Shown: piece after piece, positions 10,171-19,928 of the stretch
Numbering within the stretch: the stretch's first letter is position 1
How the letters are laid out: each line of letters begins with the position of its first letter
DNA from: Alphaproteobacteria bacterium
GTDB taxonomy: Bacteria > Pseudomonadota > Alphaproteobacteria > Paracaedibacterales > CAIOTO01
Length of the DNA stretch: 57,166 nucleotides
NCBI GenBank assembly: GCA_947488275.1
Contig: CANKZX010000004.1
Coordinates: 1-57,166 of the forward strand
Direction of reading: 5' to 3'
Position numbers and translations under genes: made by a program
The notes under the pieces: model-generated
What the model saw: the letters and a program-made list of their open reading frames with translations, nothing else
Told to the model about the DNA's origin: nothing
The model's database searches: none

Positions 10171-12882
10171 TTATTTTTTTGCATCTTTATTCTGATTTTT
10201 ATCATCTTGATTTGCTTTTAGCAATTGATTTGCTAATTGTTCAAGACGCATCGCTGTTTGCATCGATAACTCAGCTGGCGATAAATTTGTACCACGTTGA
10301 GCCGCTTGTGCAGCTGCTTGTTCACTTAATAATTTTGTTACTTTAGCGGTTAATTCTTCAGCAACACCTTTTGATTGATAAGACAACTGTGCTTTCATAT
10401 CATTAATCATTTGCATTGCATTTGCTTGCTGCTGTGCATTTGATAATGAAGAGGTGTTATTTACAGATGAAAGCACAACACAGCTCGGTAAATTACACAA
10501 CTTACCAGCAACACATGGCATACCTGCGGAACTGACACACTGTTGCCCAGATGAACAGGGTGTTCCTCCATTTGAACAATTTAACGCAACACACATTGCC
10601 GAAGCATCAAGTGCACAAGCATCTCCTGGATTACATTTTTCATCATTTTTATTGGCACATATTTTACCAACAGCGCATGCTTTTGTTTCATCATTAATAC
10701 ATGTTTTTGCAACACATATCGCTGTTCCTAATGTCGCACACGACTGCCCAGCAACACAGCGTAACCCCGTCTTTGAATCTGAACACATTTTATCCGCACC
10801 ACATGCTTTAGAGACATCATTCATACAACTTGACGGTTGACACATCGCATTATTTGCGCATTTTGCATCACCGACAGCACAGAAACCACCTGTTACTAAG
10901 TTTGTACAGATAAGGCTCATCGGCGTTTTCCCATCACTGCTCATCAAAGAGTTTGAGCATATAGGTCCGCCATTTGCACACGTCTGTGTTTTGCAATAAG
11001 CATTGTCGCATAAAGGCCCCGCGCATGCTTTATCTGTTACAGGATCCGTACATTGCTCACCTGATTTACATACAATTGGTGAACCTCCAGGTACGTCAGA
11101 CCCACCATTCGCACAGGTTGCCTTTTTACACATTGCTTTTCGTGCGCATGTTAAATCATTTGGCGCACACACTTTACCCGTGGTTGGATCCGCACAAATA
11201 AATCCTTCTGTACAGCTGTCACCACCATTTGCACATGTCCGTGGCGCACAAGAACCATCGGATTGCTGCACAGGATTAGCCGCATCACATGGCGCACCAC
11301 CATTAATCCAACTCGCAGGCTTACAAACAGCTGTTGAATTAATCGCACACGGTTGACCAGCCTTACATAAAACACCTGTTGTTGGGTCTGAACAAACCTG
11401 ACCAGATGCGCATGCTTTTGCGGGATCATTCATACAAGATGATTGCTTACACGATGCCGTCACGATAAGTGTACCAGCAGCATTCATTGTTGGAATAGCA
11501 CACGCTTTACTAACTGAACAATTTGTTCCATCTGAATCGGAGCAAACCTGACCAGCAGGACATATTATGCCACCATTAACACATGATGCTGGTGCACAAA
11601 TTGCCATTTTACTATTAATAGATGACGTTGCGCATGCTTGTGTTGAAGCGCATGTTCCGCCTGACATTGGATCGATACATACCTGCCCTGCAGCACAAGC
11701 AGATCCACCATTGGCACATGATTTTGCAATACATGCACTTGAATTGGCGCCTATAAATACCTTACACATCTGTGTGGAGCCACATGCTGTGCCACAATTT
11801 TGTGTTTGACAAACAGCTGTATTCGCACAACTTGGGTCATTTGCCGCACAAGAAAATCCAGTGATAGGATTTGTACACACTTGACCCGAAGGACAGGTTA
11901 ACCCACCATTTGCACATGTCTTCCATTTACACGCCGTATTAAGCTTTATACCACTTGCCGCTGCATTTGATTGGCAAACGGTCGTACTTGGACACGCCGC
12001 CCCCCCCGATTCAGCACATGATTTTGCCACACAACTAAAGACACCATTAATATCACCTTGACATTTTTGACCTGACGGACAATCAGCCCCGCCATTGGCA
12101 CATGTCACAGGCTGACAGGTTGGGTTATAACACGATTGCCCAACGGCACATGTACCGCCTGTTGCCTGATTAATACACACACTTCCAGCCGCACATACCG
12201 TACCACCTGCAATATTACAAGGCAACGTACTTTGGCAAACACCATTCACACATTTTTGCGAATTCAAACACGTAACACCACCGTTTGTGCATGTTGATGC
12301 CTGACAAGAGGCATTCGCACATGGAAAACCTGGTGGACATAACACACCATCACTACTACGGCATGTTGTTCCCGAAGGGCACGCATTCGACCCAATTTCA
12401 TTACACGGTTTATCCGTACATTGACCGTTAGAGCTACACTTTTGTGACGCCGCACAAGTAACACCACCATTCAAACAATTATTTGGCATACACACAGGTG
12501 ATGCCGCACACGATTGCCCAACATTGCACTTTGTATTAAACACACGATCAACACACGTTTGACCTGTTGGGCAAATTGAACTATCTTCATAACAATTTTT
12601 AGCAACACACGTGCCAACACCCGTTAACGTAGAATATTTACATGTCTCATTAGCAGCGCATGTTTTTCCACCATTGCTGCAATTATTAGAACTAATTTGA
12701 CAATAAAAATTAACGACTGGCTTTCCAACCGCCAGATTTGATGCGGCGCTTGATCCATCAACAGGGCTTGTGCATATATATCCTGATGAACACTGTGAAT
12801 CATTAACACACGTACTTGACCATACCTGCGAAAGATTCAACAATAAACCAACCACAACTAAAAAACACATTTTTATCATCAT
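10171..12882 (-). CDS. secreted Cys-repeat protein (903 aa) with Gln/Ala helical C-terminus
   Basis: Signal peptide ending QVWS; TCANGG repeats; C-terminal tail similar to that of the giant paralog. Confidence 0.9.
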   Translation of the reverse strand: MMIKMCFLVVVGLLLNLSQVWSSTCVNDSQCSSGYICTSPVDGSSAASNLAVGKPVVNFYCQISSNNCSNGGKTCAANETCKYSTLTGVGTCVAKNCYEDSSICPTGQTCVDRVFNTKCNVGQSCAASPVCMPNNCLNGGVTCAASQKCSSNGQCTDKPCNEIGSNACPSGTTCRSSDGVLCPPGFPCANASCQASTCTNGGVTCLNSQKCVNGVCQSTLPCNIAGGTVCAAGSVCINQATGGTCAVGQSCYNPTCQPVTCANGGADCPSGQKCQGDINGVFSCVAKSCAESGGAACPSTTVCQSNAAASGIKLNTACKWKTCANGGLTCPSGQVCTNPITGFSCAANDPSCANTAVCQTQNCGTACGSTQMCKVFIGANSSACIAKSCANGGSACAAGQVCIDPMSGGTCASTQACATSSINSKMAICAPASCVNGGIICPAGQVCSDSDGTNCSVSKACAIPTMNAAGTLIVTASCKQSSCMNDPAKACASGQVCSDPTTGVLCKAGQPCAINSTAVCKPASWINGGAPCDAANPVQQSDGSCAPRTCANGGDSCTEGFICADPTTGKVCAPNDLTCARKAMCKKATCANGGSDVPGGSPIVCKSGEQCTDPVTDKACAGPLCDNAYCKTQTCANGGPICSNSLMSSDGKTPMSLICTNLVTGGFCAVGDAKCANNAMCQPSSCMNDVSKACGADKMCSDSKTGLRCVAGQSCATLGTAICVAKTCINDETKACAVGKICANKNDEKCNPGDACALDASAMCVALNCSNGGTPCSSGQQCVSSAGMPCVAGKLCNLPSCVVLSSVNNTSSLSNAQQQANAMQMINDMKAQLSYQSKGVAEELTAKVTKLLSEQAAAQAAQRGTNLSPAELSMQTAMRLEQLANQLLKANQDDKNQNKDAKK

Positions 12883-12929
12883 TTTGTTCCTTAATTTAAT
12901 AACGCCGCCCTGACAAACGCATCATATCT

Positions 12930-14672
12930 TTACGCACACACATTATTCGTTGCCGCACTACATGTTTGACCCACAGAGCATGTCGTTGGACATATAGATT
13001 TTGCCACACATAAACCACTTAAATCGGCATTCGTCTGACATTTTGATTTTGAATCACATGGATCTCCCCCCGCATCTGCACATGTCTTTGCCGCTGGCAC
13101 GCAATTCGCCGCACCACCAATTAGCCTGCAAACCGTACCAGAGGCGCATGAAGGTCCATTCGGATCTGCGCATGTCAAAGGCACACAGCTACCTGATCCA
13201 TTCAAATTTATTTGACATTTATTTCCTGGCAAACAGGCAGGTCCACCATTCAAACAATGTGGCGCCTGACATAAACCAAAAACACATGAACCTGAAAGAC
13301 ACGGTAAATTTGTACTGGGGCTTGTACATACCTGACCAGACGGACAAGATGTACTTCCATTACCCACACAAATTGTTTGACAAACACCCGCGCTACATAC
13401 CTGATTTGCCCCACATTTTGGTCCATCAACATCCATACATGTTTTTAGAAAACACGTTGATCGATTGACGCATTTACGATTTGAATCGGCGCAAACACCA
13501 TCACCCGTATTACACCAAACAATATTACATTTGTGATAATTACCATCCGCTCCATTTGCTAATTTATAAGGGATCGCGTTACTGCATACTTCATCATCAG
13601 CGCATTTTCCGCCTGTCGCACAATCAACAACTTGACAATAAGCACCTTGACAAGACTTGCCCGATACACATTTATTCCCACTTGTATCAACACAGACCTT
13701 ACCCGCATCACACGTTGAACCACCGTTCGAACAATTTGGCGCTACGCACATACCTGAACCACTATCACACACAGGTGTTGCTCCACTACATAAGGTTCCA
13801 CCATTACGGCAATCTGATGCGCGGCACACAGCCTTTGATGCACATGAAGCATCATTAACGGCGCAAATATAATTCTTGTCAGGGTCAACACAAATCTGAC
13901 TACCTGAACAAGGCGCTCCGCCAACTTCAGCACATGTCTTTGCCACACATGCACCAACACCATTTGTCACAGCGCATCGCTTATCCGCTGAACAGGCGCT
14001 TCCCACAGGATCATTCGCACAATTTGGCGCCTGACATGTTGGTGTAATACATGTCATATCACCAGGATTGCACTTAACACCGCTGCTAAAATTCGTGCAT
14101 ATACTTGCATTTGAAGGACATGAAACTCCTACATCAACGCATGTTCGCGCAATACATGTTCCTGCGCTAGCACCACTTGGTATGCTGCATTTTTGCATCG
14201 CTGTGCACTGCGAATCGTTTGTACATGAAAATGTTGTTGTGGCTAACTCAGCATCCGTTTTTGTGACACATGTTCCTTTATTACATTTTTGAGTCGTTAA
14301 ACATTCTGTATCACCTGTACATGTCTTCGTACCACACGTGTATATTTCATTTCCTGTTGTTGCATTTTTACTAAAAACACACGAAGGTTTATCAGGCGCT
14401 AAGCATTTATCCGTGCTTGTTACTAACCCACAATGTGACGTCTTACAAGCATAAGCACCAGCTGAATCCATTTGACAAAATTGCCCTGTCAAACACGCAC
14501 TTGCCCCATCTTCATTACATTGCTTGGTAACACATGCTCCAACACCATTTGTGATCACGCATTTTTGCGTTGAAAGTGCACATGGCGTCGTTGCCGAGCA
14601 TACAGCCGCTTTGGCAGCATCAATGCAACTAAACAAAGAAATGATAAGCAGCAAGTAGAGTTTTACCATCAC
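12930..14672 (-). CDS. secreted Cys-repeat protein (580 aa, short paralog B)
   Basis: Signal peptide ending AAKA; Cys repeats; KCQTNADLSGLC matches the end of paralog A. Confidence 0.9.
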   Translation of the reverse strand: MMVKLYLLLIISLFSCIDAAKAAVCSATTPCALSTQKCVITNGVGACVTKQCNEDGASACLTGQFCQMDSAGAYACKTSHCGLVTSTDKCLAPDKPSCVFSKNATTGNEIYTCGTKTCTGDTECLTTQKCNKGTCVTKTDAELATTTFSCTNDSQCTAMQKCSIPSGASAGTCIARTCVDVGVSCPSNASICTNFSSGVKCNPGDMTCITPTCQAPNCANDPVGSACSADKRCAVTNGVGACVAKTCAEVGGAPCSGSQICVDPDKNYICAVNDASCASKAVCRASDCRNGGTLCSGATPVCDSGSGMCVAPNCSNGGSTCDAGKVCVDTSGNKCVSGKSCQGAYCQVVDCATGGKCADDEVCSNAIPYKLANGADGNYHKCNIVWCNTGDGVCADSNRKCVNRSTCFLKTCMDVDGPKCGANQVCSAGVCQTICVGNGSTSCPSGQVCTSPSTNLPCLSGSCVFGLCQAPHCLNGGPACLPGNKCQINLNGSGSCVPLTCADPNGPSCASGTVCRLIGGAANCVPAAKTCADAGGDPCDSKSKCQTNADLSGLCVAKSICPTTCSVGQTCSAATNNVCA

Positions 14673-14789
14673 AATGATTCCTTAATATATCAACAAAAAA
14701 TCTCTGATCATTGAGCGCATTCAAAAGAAACGACATACATGATCGAGAAATATAAAATATTTCACCTAAAAATAGGGTTACATAGGAAA

Positions 14790-14805
14790 GTTAATATTTG
14801 ATTAA
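14790..14805 (-). promoter_or_regulatory. CtrA-type box TTAA-N7-TTAAC
   Basis: Minus strand reads TTAA TCAAATA TTAAC, about 120 nt upstream of the first gene of the Cys array. Confidence 0.55.
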
Positions 14806-14857
14806 ATATGAGATAGAAATGGGTATAATCAACAAAAGAAAATCTCTATTTATTTTT

Positions 14858-16282
14858 TTAAATCTTATTTTTATGATAAGGATCACTACTGAAAATCAAT
14901 ATGCCCTCTTTATCAACCCAAACGGGGATATAAATGGTATGAACACTTATTTTTTCTTTCACAGGAAGCGCCTGCGTCGTTTCTTCATCAATCATATCAT
15001 GCATTAAATTCATCGTCATATGCGCATCATTTAAAACCCAAAGTGCAAGCGCTATAGGATCTTCCACACGAATACAACCTGACGAAAGAGCACGCTCCCC
15101 CTTTTCAAATAATGATACTTGCGGTGTTCCATGCATAAAAATAGCACGATCATTTGCTAAAATGAATTTCAAATTACCCAATGCATTGTTAGGTCCTGGC
15201 TGTTGACGCACGGTATATGGAAAATGATCACGTGAAACTTCATCCCAATTCACAACTGTCGGATCCAGTAATTCACCATGCTGATCATATACACGGTACC
15301 CTGAACGTTCAAGATATTCGGGATCATGCAAAACCTTTCTAAGCTTATCTTTCATAAAAATACTAACAGGTACACCCCATGATGGATTCAATACAATACT
15401 TAAAATAGGTGACGAAAGATTCGGTGTTGGCCGACTCAAAAGCCCGACAATAACCGATTGCGCATGCTCTATACGATTTTGATTAACCGCAAACAAATCA
15501 TAAGTTGGCACATTAACAAGGATAAAACGCCCTTTCCATTCAGCTGAAAGTTGATCAAGCTGGGCAATCGATTCATGAATAAGGCGCACACGATTGGTTG
15601 GCGTCATATTCAGCAAACGACACGTGCGTAATCCCAAAATTCCATCCCTGTCAAGCGAATGACGTTCTTGAAACGCCCTCACCCCTTTTTCGACAGTTTC
15701 ATCAAACAATTCAAGATCAGACGCTGGATGATCTTTTGGCATAAATCCTAAATAAGTCAGTTGCTTTCGCATAACAGTCACAATAGGATCTCGCTCTCCC
15801 TTTTTTAATACCGAATTCAAACACGTAAATTGTGGCCAATGTTTTATATCATTTGCCATTTTTTGGTAAAGAGCCACCCCCTTTACAAGGGTTAAACGAA
15901 TATCAGTAAGCGTGAATGTTTTCTGTGCCTCTTCCGTTCCTATTTCACCCCCTACCACTCTTTCTACTGGCGTTTCTGTTTGCGCAACCTCTTTGGGCAT
16001 GGTCACGTCAACTGCATTGGTAGGCATCGACGCCTCGACAGACGTTATTCCAACAACATCAGAGACAATCTCAGATACAGAAAGACCTGTTGGTGGCTTT
16101 GCAGCAATGGGTATCTCTTGCGACGCTGTTACAGCTGGCAAAGATAGCCCAGCACCAGCCACACAAAAAGACTGCCAACATAAAAAGAGTATAATAAAAT
16201 AGGGCATTAAAAAATCATGAATCCTTATTAATTGACGTTGAGAAGAAGTTGTTTCACGAGATAACCCTACCATAAAATCCAT
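14858..16282 (-). CDS. L,D-transpeptidase (YcbB/LdtD-like) with peptidoglycan-binding domain
   Basis: VRAFQERHSL..DGILG PG-binding motif; RQQPGPNNALG; IFMHGTP...SSGCIRV catalytic motif. Confidence 0.93.
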   Translation of the reverse strand: MDFMVGLSRETTSSQRQLIRIHDFLMPYFIILFLCWQSFCVAGAGLSLPAVTASQEIPIAAKPPTGLSVSEIVSDVVGITSVEASMPTNAVDVTMPKEVAQTETPVERVVGGEIGTEEAQKTFTLTDIRLTLVKGVALYQKMANDIKHWPQFTCLNSVLKKGERDPIVTVMRKQLTYLGFMPKDHPASDLELFDETVEKGVRAFQERHSLDRDGILGLRTCRLLNMTPTNRVRLIHESIAQLDQLSAEWKGRFILVNVPTYDLFAVNQNRIEHAQSVIVGLLSRPTPNLSSPILSIVLNPSWGVPVSIFMKDKLRKVLHDPEYLERSGYRVYDQHGELLDPTVVNWDEVSRDHFPYTVRQQPGPNNALGNLKFILANDRAIFMHGTPQVSLFEKGERALSSGCIRVEDPIALALWVLNDAHMTMNLMHDMIDEETTQALPVKEKISVHTIYIPVWVDKEGILIFSSDPYHKNKI

Positions 16283-16487
16283 TAAAAATGTGTTAGCTTA
16301 TGCGGTGTATTTTTATCGATAATTTCGCGAAAATCATATAAAAAAGGCATATACTCATCCCCAACCATTTTACGAATTTTATCCTTTGAATTTTAGAAAA
16401 ATAATCTGAAATAGATATATGACGACTTTTCAAAACCAAATTATAGAATAGTTTTGACTTTTAAATAATATACTATATAATAGTCAC

Positions 16488-17609
16488 ATGATCCGAATTC
16501 AAAAAAATAGCATATTAAAGGACCTTGAGAAGAAAATTGTACTTCTTGTTGGTCCTCGACAAGCAGGAAAGACTTTTCTGGCAAAGGATATTGCGCGTTC
16601 ATTTTCCAATAGCGTTTATCTCAATTACGATCAAATAATAGATAAAAAAATCATTAAAGAACAAGCGTGGCTTAACAAAACAGATCTCCTTATTCTTGAT
16701 GAACTTCATAAAATGCCAAACTGGAAAAATTATCTTAAAGGCGTATTTGATACAAAACCAGAAAAAATGCGTATTTTAGTAACTGGAAGTGCGCGTCTGG
16801 ATATATACGATCATATGGGAGACTCATTAGCAGGTCGCTATTTTCGCCATAGGTTATTACCACTGTCTCTTTCTGAGTTAAAGCAAGCACATGAGCCTGC
16901 AGACATGGAAAGATTGATAAACAGAGGAGGTTTCCCCGAACCTTATTTTACAGAAGAACTCCTTGATTCAAAAAGATGGCGCGTTCAATATATAAATAGT
17001 TTATTGAGTACAGATATCTTTGAAATTGAAACAATCCATAATTTAAAAGGCATGCAACTTGTTTTTAATTTGCTGCGTAACAAAGTAGGATCGCCTATTT
17101 CCTATCAATCATTAGCTGAAGATGTTGGCGTGTCCCCTATGACTATCAAAAAATATATTCAGATTTTAGAGTCAATCTTTGTCATTTTTATCGTAACACC
17201 CTTTTCAAAAAATATTGCCCGCAGTCTTTTGAAAGAACCCAAAATTTATTTCTTCGATACAGCACTCGTTCAAGGAGATAGTGGCGCAATTTTAGAGAAT
17301 CTTGTGGCTATCAGTTTATTAAAAGCCATTTTTGCACGCGTGGATAATTTTGCAGAAGAATGTGCATTACATTATCTACGCACAAAAGATGGAAAAGAAG
17401 TTGATTTTGTTATCATAAAAGATCATGAAATTGAAACGATGATTGAAGTAAAAACATCCGACCAACAGATTAGCAAGACACTTTGTTTGTTTAGTGAAAA
17501 ATACGAAAAACAATCTGTTCAGCTTGTTCAAAATATTAAAAATGAATATAAAAAAGATACCATTGAAGTCAGAAGCGTCGAAGCTTATCTTTCTGAGTTA
17601 CTTTTATAA
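16488..17609 (+). CDS. AAA_14 ATPase with DUF4143 C-terminal domain
   Basis: GPRQAGKT Walker A, LILDELH, VTGSA, GGFPEP, KIYFFD, EVDF...IEVK. Confidence 0.9.
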   Translation: MIRIQKNSILKDLEKKIVLLVGPRQAGKTFLAKDIARSFSNSVYLNYDQIIDKKIIKEQAWLNKTDLLILDELHKMPNWKNYLKGVFDTKPEKMRILVTGSARLDIYDHMGDSLAGRYFRHRLLPLSLSELKQAHEPADMERLINRGGFPEPYFTEELLDSKRWRVQYINSLLSTDIFEIETIHNLKGMQLVFNLLRNKVGSPISYQSLAEDVGVSPMTIKKYIQILESIFVIFIVTPFSKNIARSLLKEPKIYFFDTALVQGDSGAILENLVAISLLKAIFARVDNFAEECALHYLRTKDGKEVDFVIIKDHEIETMIEVKTSDQQISKTLCLFSEKYEKQSVQLVQNIKNEYKKDTIEVRSVEAYLSELLL

Positions 17610-17711
17610 GAAAGATACTCAATCTTGGCTATGCCCAATTTTATCTCTCGACAAAACACACCTCATAAAGATAAAATTTTATTATAACTTTATTTTTATG
17701 GAGTCATCCCC

Positions 17712-18095
17712 ATGAATTCACGTTTTCTATGTCTTGTTTTATTCATAAAAATTGCCACTATTCATGCAAGTAACGCCCCAGCTGAATATGAAAAAACACC
17801 CCCATCACTGCAATTCCGTTTATTAAGCACCATATGTTTATCAAACACTATATGTGGAGCACCTCACAACAATGACCACGAAGACACAAATATTATACCT
17901 ACCTTTTCACAAACCCACCAAATATCACTTACATCGAACATCCAAAACCATTTAAGCACCCTTTATCACACACCATGCATGCAAAATTATATTATACCAT
18001 TCACCAAAAAAATGTTCATGAAAGTATTTGGCTTATATATAGGCTATAATATGGCCTACTGGATTGATCACCATCTTTTTGAACAGCGAAATTAA
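17712..18095 (+). CDS. hypothetical protein, possible signal peptide
   Basis: GGAG RBS upstream; hydrophobic N-terminus ending IHA; no recognisable domain. Confidence 0.5.
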   Translation: MNSRFLCLVLFIKIATIHASNAPAEYEKTPPSLQFRLLSTICLSNTICGAPHNNDHEDTNIIPTFSQTHQISLTSNIQNHLSTLYHTPCMQNYIIPFTKKMFMKVFGLYIGYNMAYWIDHHLFEQRN

Positions 18096-18219
18096 TTTAC
18101 TATTTGAAAAATTCAAATAAGCTAAATGACCATAAATTCACCAACGCTATTATTTTTCTTTTCACAACGCTAAAAATCCCTATAATCAAACTCAATATGA
18201 TTAATGGCGTAAACGATGT

Positions 18220-19503
18220 ATGAAATTAAGTATCCTCAAGGAAAATTACCCTTATGAAAAACGGGTAGCCTTAACCCCCGATGTTACTAAGAAAGTCATT
18301 GAACTTGGTTTTACCATTTCCGTTGAAACCAATGCGGGACATAGTGCCGGTTATTCAGATGATGCTTTTGAAAAAGCTGGGGCGCACATTGAAAAAGACC
18401 GAAAAAAACTTTTATCAACGGCTGATTACATCGCAACCGTTTCCCCCCTTGATACCTCCGATCTACCTGACATAAAAAAAGGTGCTACCCTTTTAGGAAC
18501 CTTAAAACCATTTAAGCACAAAGAACTTTTCAACCATTACATCAACCAAAAGTTAACAACATTTGCCCTTGAAATGATCCCACGTATCACACGTGCCCAA
18601 ACAATGGACATTCTATCATCACAAAGCAATCTTGCTGGATACAAAGCCGTTATAGAGGCTTCCAATGCCTTTGGTCGCGCCTTTCCCCTTATGATGACTG
18701 CCGCTGGCACAATTAAGGCTGCAAAAGTACTTATCCTTGGTGCAGGCGTTGCAGGGCTCCAAGCCATTGCAACAGCAAAACGCCTTGGTGCAATTGTATC
18801 AGCCTTTGATGTACGAAGCGCTGCAAAGGAACAAGTCATGAGCCTTGGCGCCACGTTTGTTGAAGTTGCCGCCGATGAAATTGGTGATGGCGCTGGCGGT
18901 TACGCAAAAGAGATGAGTGACGCGTACAAAGCTGCCCAAATGGCAAAGCTTACTGATGTTATTAAAACACATGATATTGTGATTACAACCGCTCTTATTC
19001 CAGGGAAACCTGCCCCTATTTTAATCACAAGTGATATGGTCAAATCCATGAAAGAAGGATCTGTCATTGTGGATCTAGCCTCTGAAAATGGTGGCAATTG
19101 CGCCCTTAGTGAACATGGGAAGAATATAACAAAACACGGTGTTCATATCCATGCACCTGGTAATATTTTGGCACACATTGCAGCTGATGCCAGCCAGCTT
19201 TATGCACGCAATGTCTTGGCCTTTCTAAAAGGAGTTTCAACAGTTACCAATGGAGATTTCGCCCTTAACTGGGATGATGAAATTGCCCTTGCAGCAGCGT
19301 TAACAAAAGATGGTATTGTTATTAACCCTTTATTCCAAATGGATTCATCCGAAACAACGGCATTCAAAGAATCTATACACAAAGAAAAAGCAAGTACCGA
19401 GAAATCTGCCGCTGAAAAATCAGCCAAGGAAAAACCAATTAAAGAAAAAGCGGTTACAAAAAAACCAACGACAGCTAAAAAATCAACACCACAACCCGTG
19501 TAG
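18220..19503 (+). CDS. pntAA: NAD(P) transhydrogenase subunit alpha, part 1
   Basis: EKRVALTP, PRITRAQTMDILSSQ, GAGVAGLQA, GGYAK, TTALIPG. Confidence 0.96.
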   Translation: MKLSILKENYPYEKRVALTPDVTKKVIELGFTISVETNAGHSAGYSDDAFEKAGAHIEKDRKKLLSTADYIATVSPLDTSDLPDIKKGATLLGTLKPFKHKELFNHYINQKLTTFALEMIPRITRAQTMDILSSQSNLAGYKAVIEASNAFGRAFPLMMTAAGTIKAAKVLILGAGVAGLQAIATAKRLGAIVSAFDVRSAAKEQVMSLGATFVEVAADEIGDGAGGYAKEMSDAYKAAQMAKLTDVIKTHDIVITTALIPGKPAPILITSDMVKSMKEGSVIVDLASENGGNCALSEHGKNITKHGVHIHAPGNILAHIAADASQLYARNVLAFLKGVSTVTNGDFALNWDDEIALAAALTKDGIVINPLFQMDSSETTAFKESIHKEKASTEKSAAEKSAKEKPIKEKAVTKKPTTAKKSTPQPV

Positions 19504-19512
19504 GAGCATCCC

Positions 19513-19920
19513 ATGGATTTACACACACTAAATGAACAGACGCATCGTATCGCACAAGCCGCACGTGAATTAATGACCGAAGCCAATCAACTAAGCGGTC
19601 TCACAAAGAAAATGGCGCAAACAACAGGCAACGTGTCATCTGATCCCTTTGTCATGGGATTAACTGTTTTTATACTAGCGTGCTTTGTTGGTTACTATGT
19701 CGTATGGAAGGTAACCCCTGCCCTTCATTCCCCCTTAATGTCTGTCACCAATGCAATTTCAAGCGTTATTATTGTGGGTGCTCTACTCGCAATGGGACCA
19801 GCCTCGTCGGGTTTATCAGCGTTGTTTGGCTTTATTGCCATTATACTGGCATCCATTAATATCTTTGGTGGATTTGTTGTCACACAACGAATGCTCCACA
19901 TGTTTTCAAAAAATAAATAG
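19513..19920 (+). CDS. pntAB: NAD(P) transhydrogenase subunit alpha, part 2
   Basis: [17 protein letters not shown]; [13 protein letters not shown]. Confidence 0.96.
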   Translation: MDLHTLNEQTHRIAQAARELMTEANQLSGLTKKMAQTTGNVSSDPFVMGLTVFILACFVGYYVVWKVTPALHSPLMSVTNAISSVIIVGALLAMGPASSGLSALFGFIAIILASINIFGGFVVTQRMLHMFSKNK

Positions 19921-19928
19921 GTGCACAC

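Noticed and set aside
9036-11310. Trp at Cys positions as evidence of genetic-code reassignment
   Set aside because: The codons are ordinary TGG, the partner Cys is also lost, and conserved genes translate normally with the standard bacterial code
5400-12300. CCACCATTTGCACA-like motif recurring about every 110-120 bp, superficially CRISPR-like
   Set aside because: It is the reverse complement of the CANGG codons in long ORFs, varies at wobble positions, the intervals are homologous to each other, and no cas genes are present
3637-14292. Many His/Pro/Val-rich plus-strand and alternative-frame ORFs over the Cys array
   Set aside because: Shadows of the biased Cys/Ala/Thr/Gly codons of the real minus-strand genes
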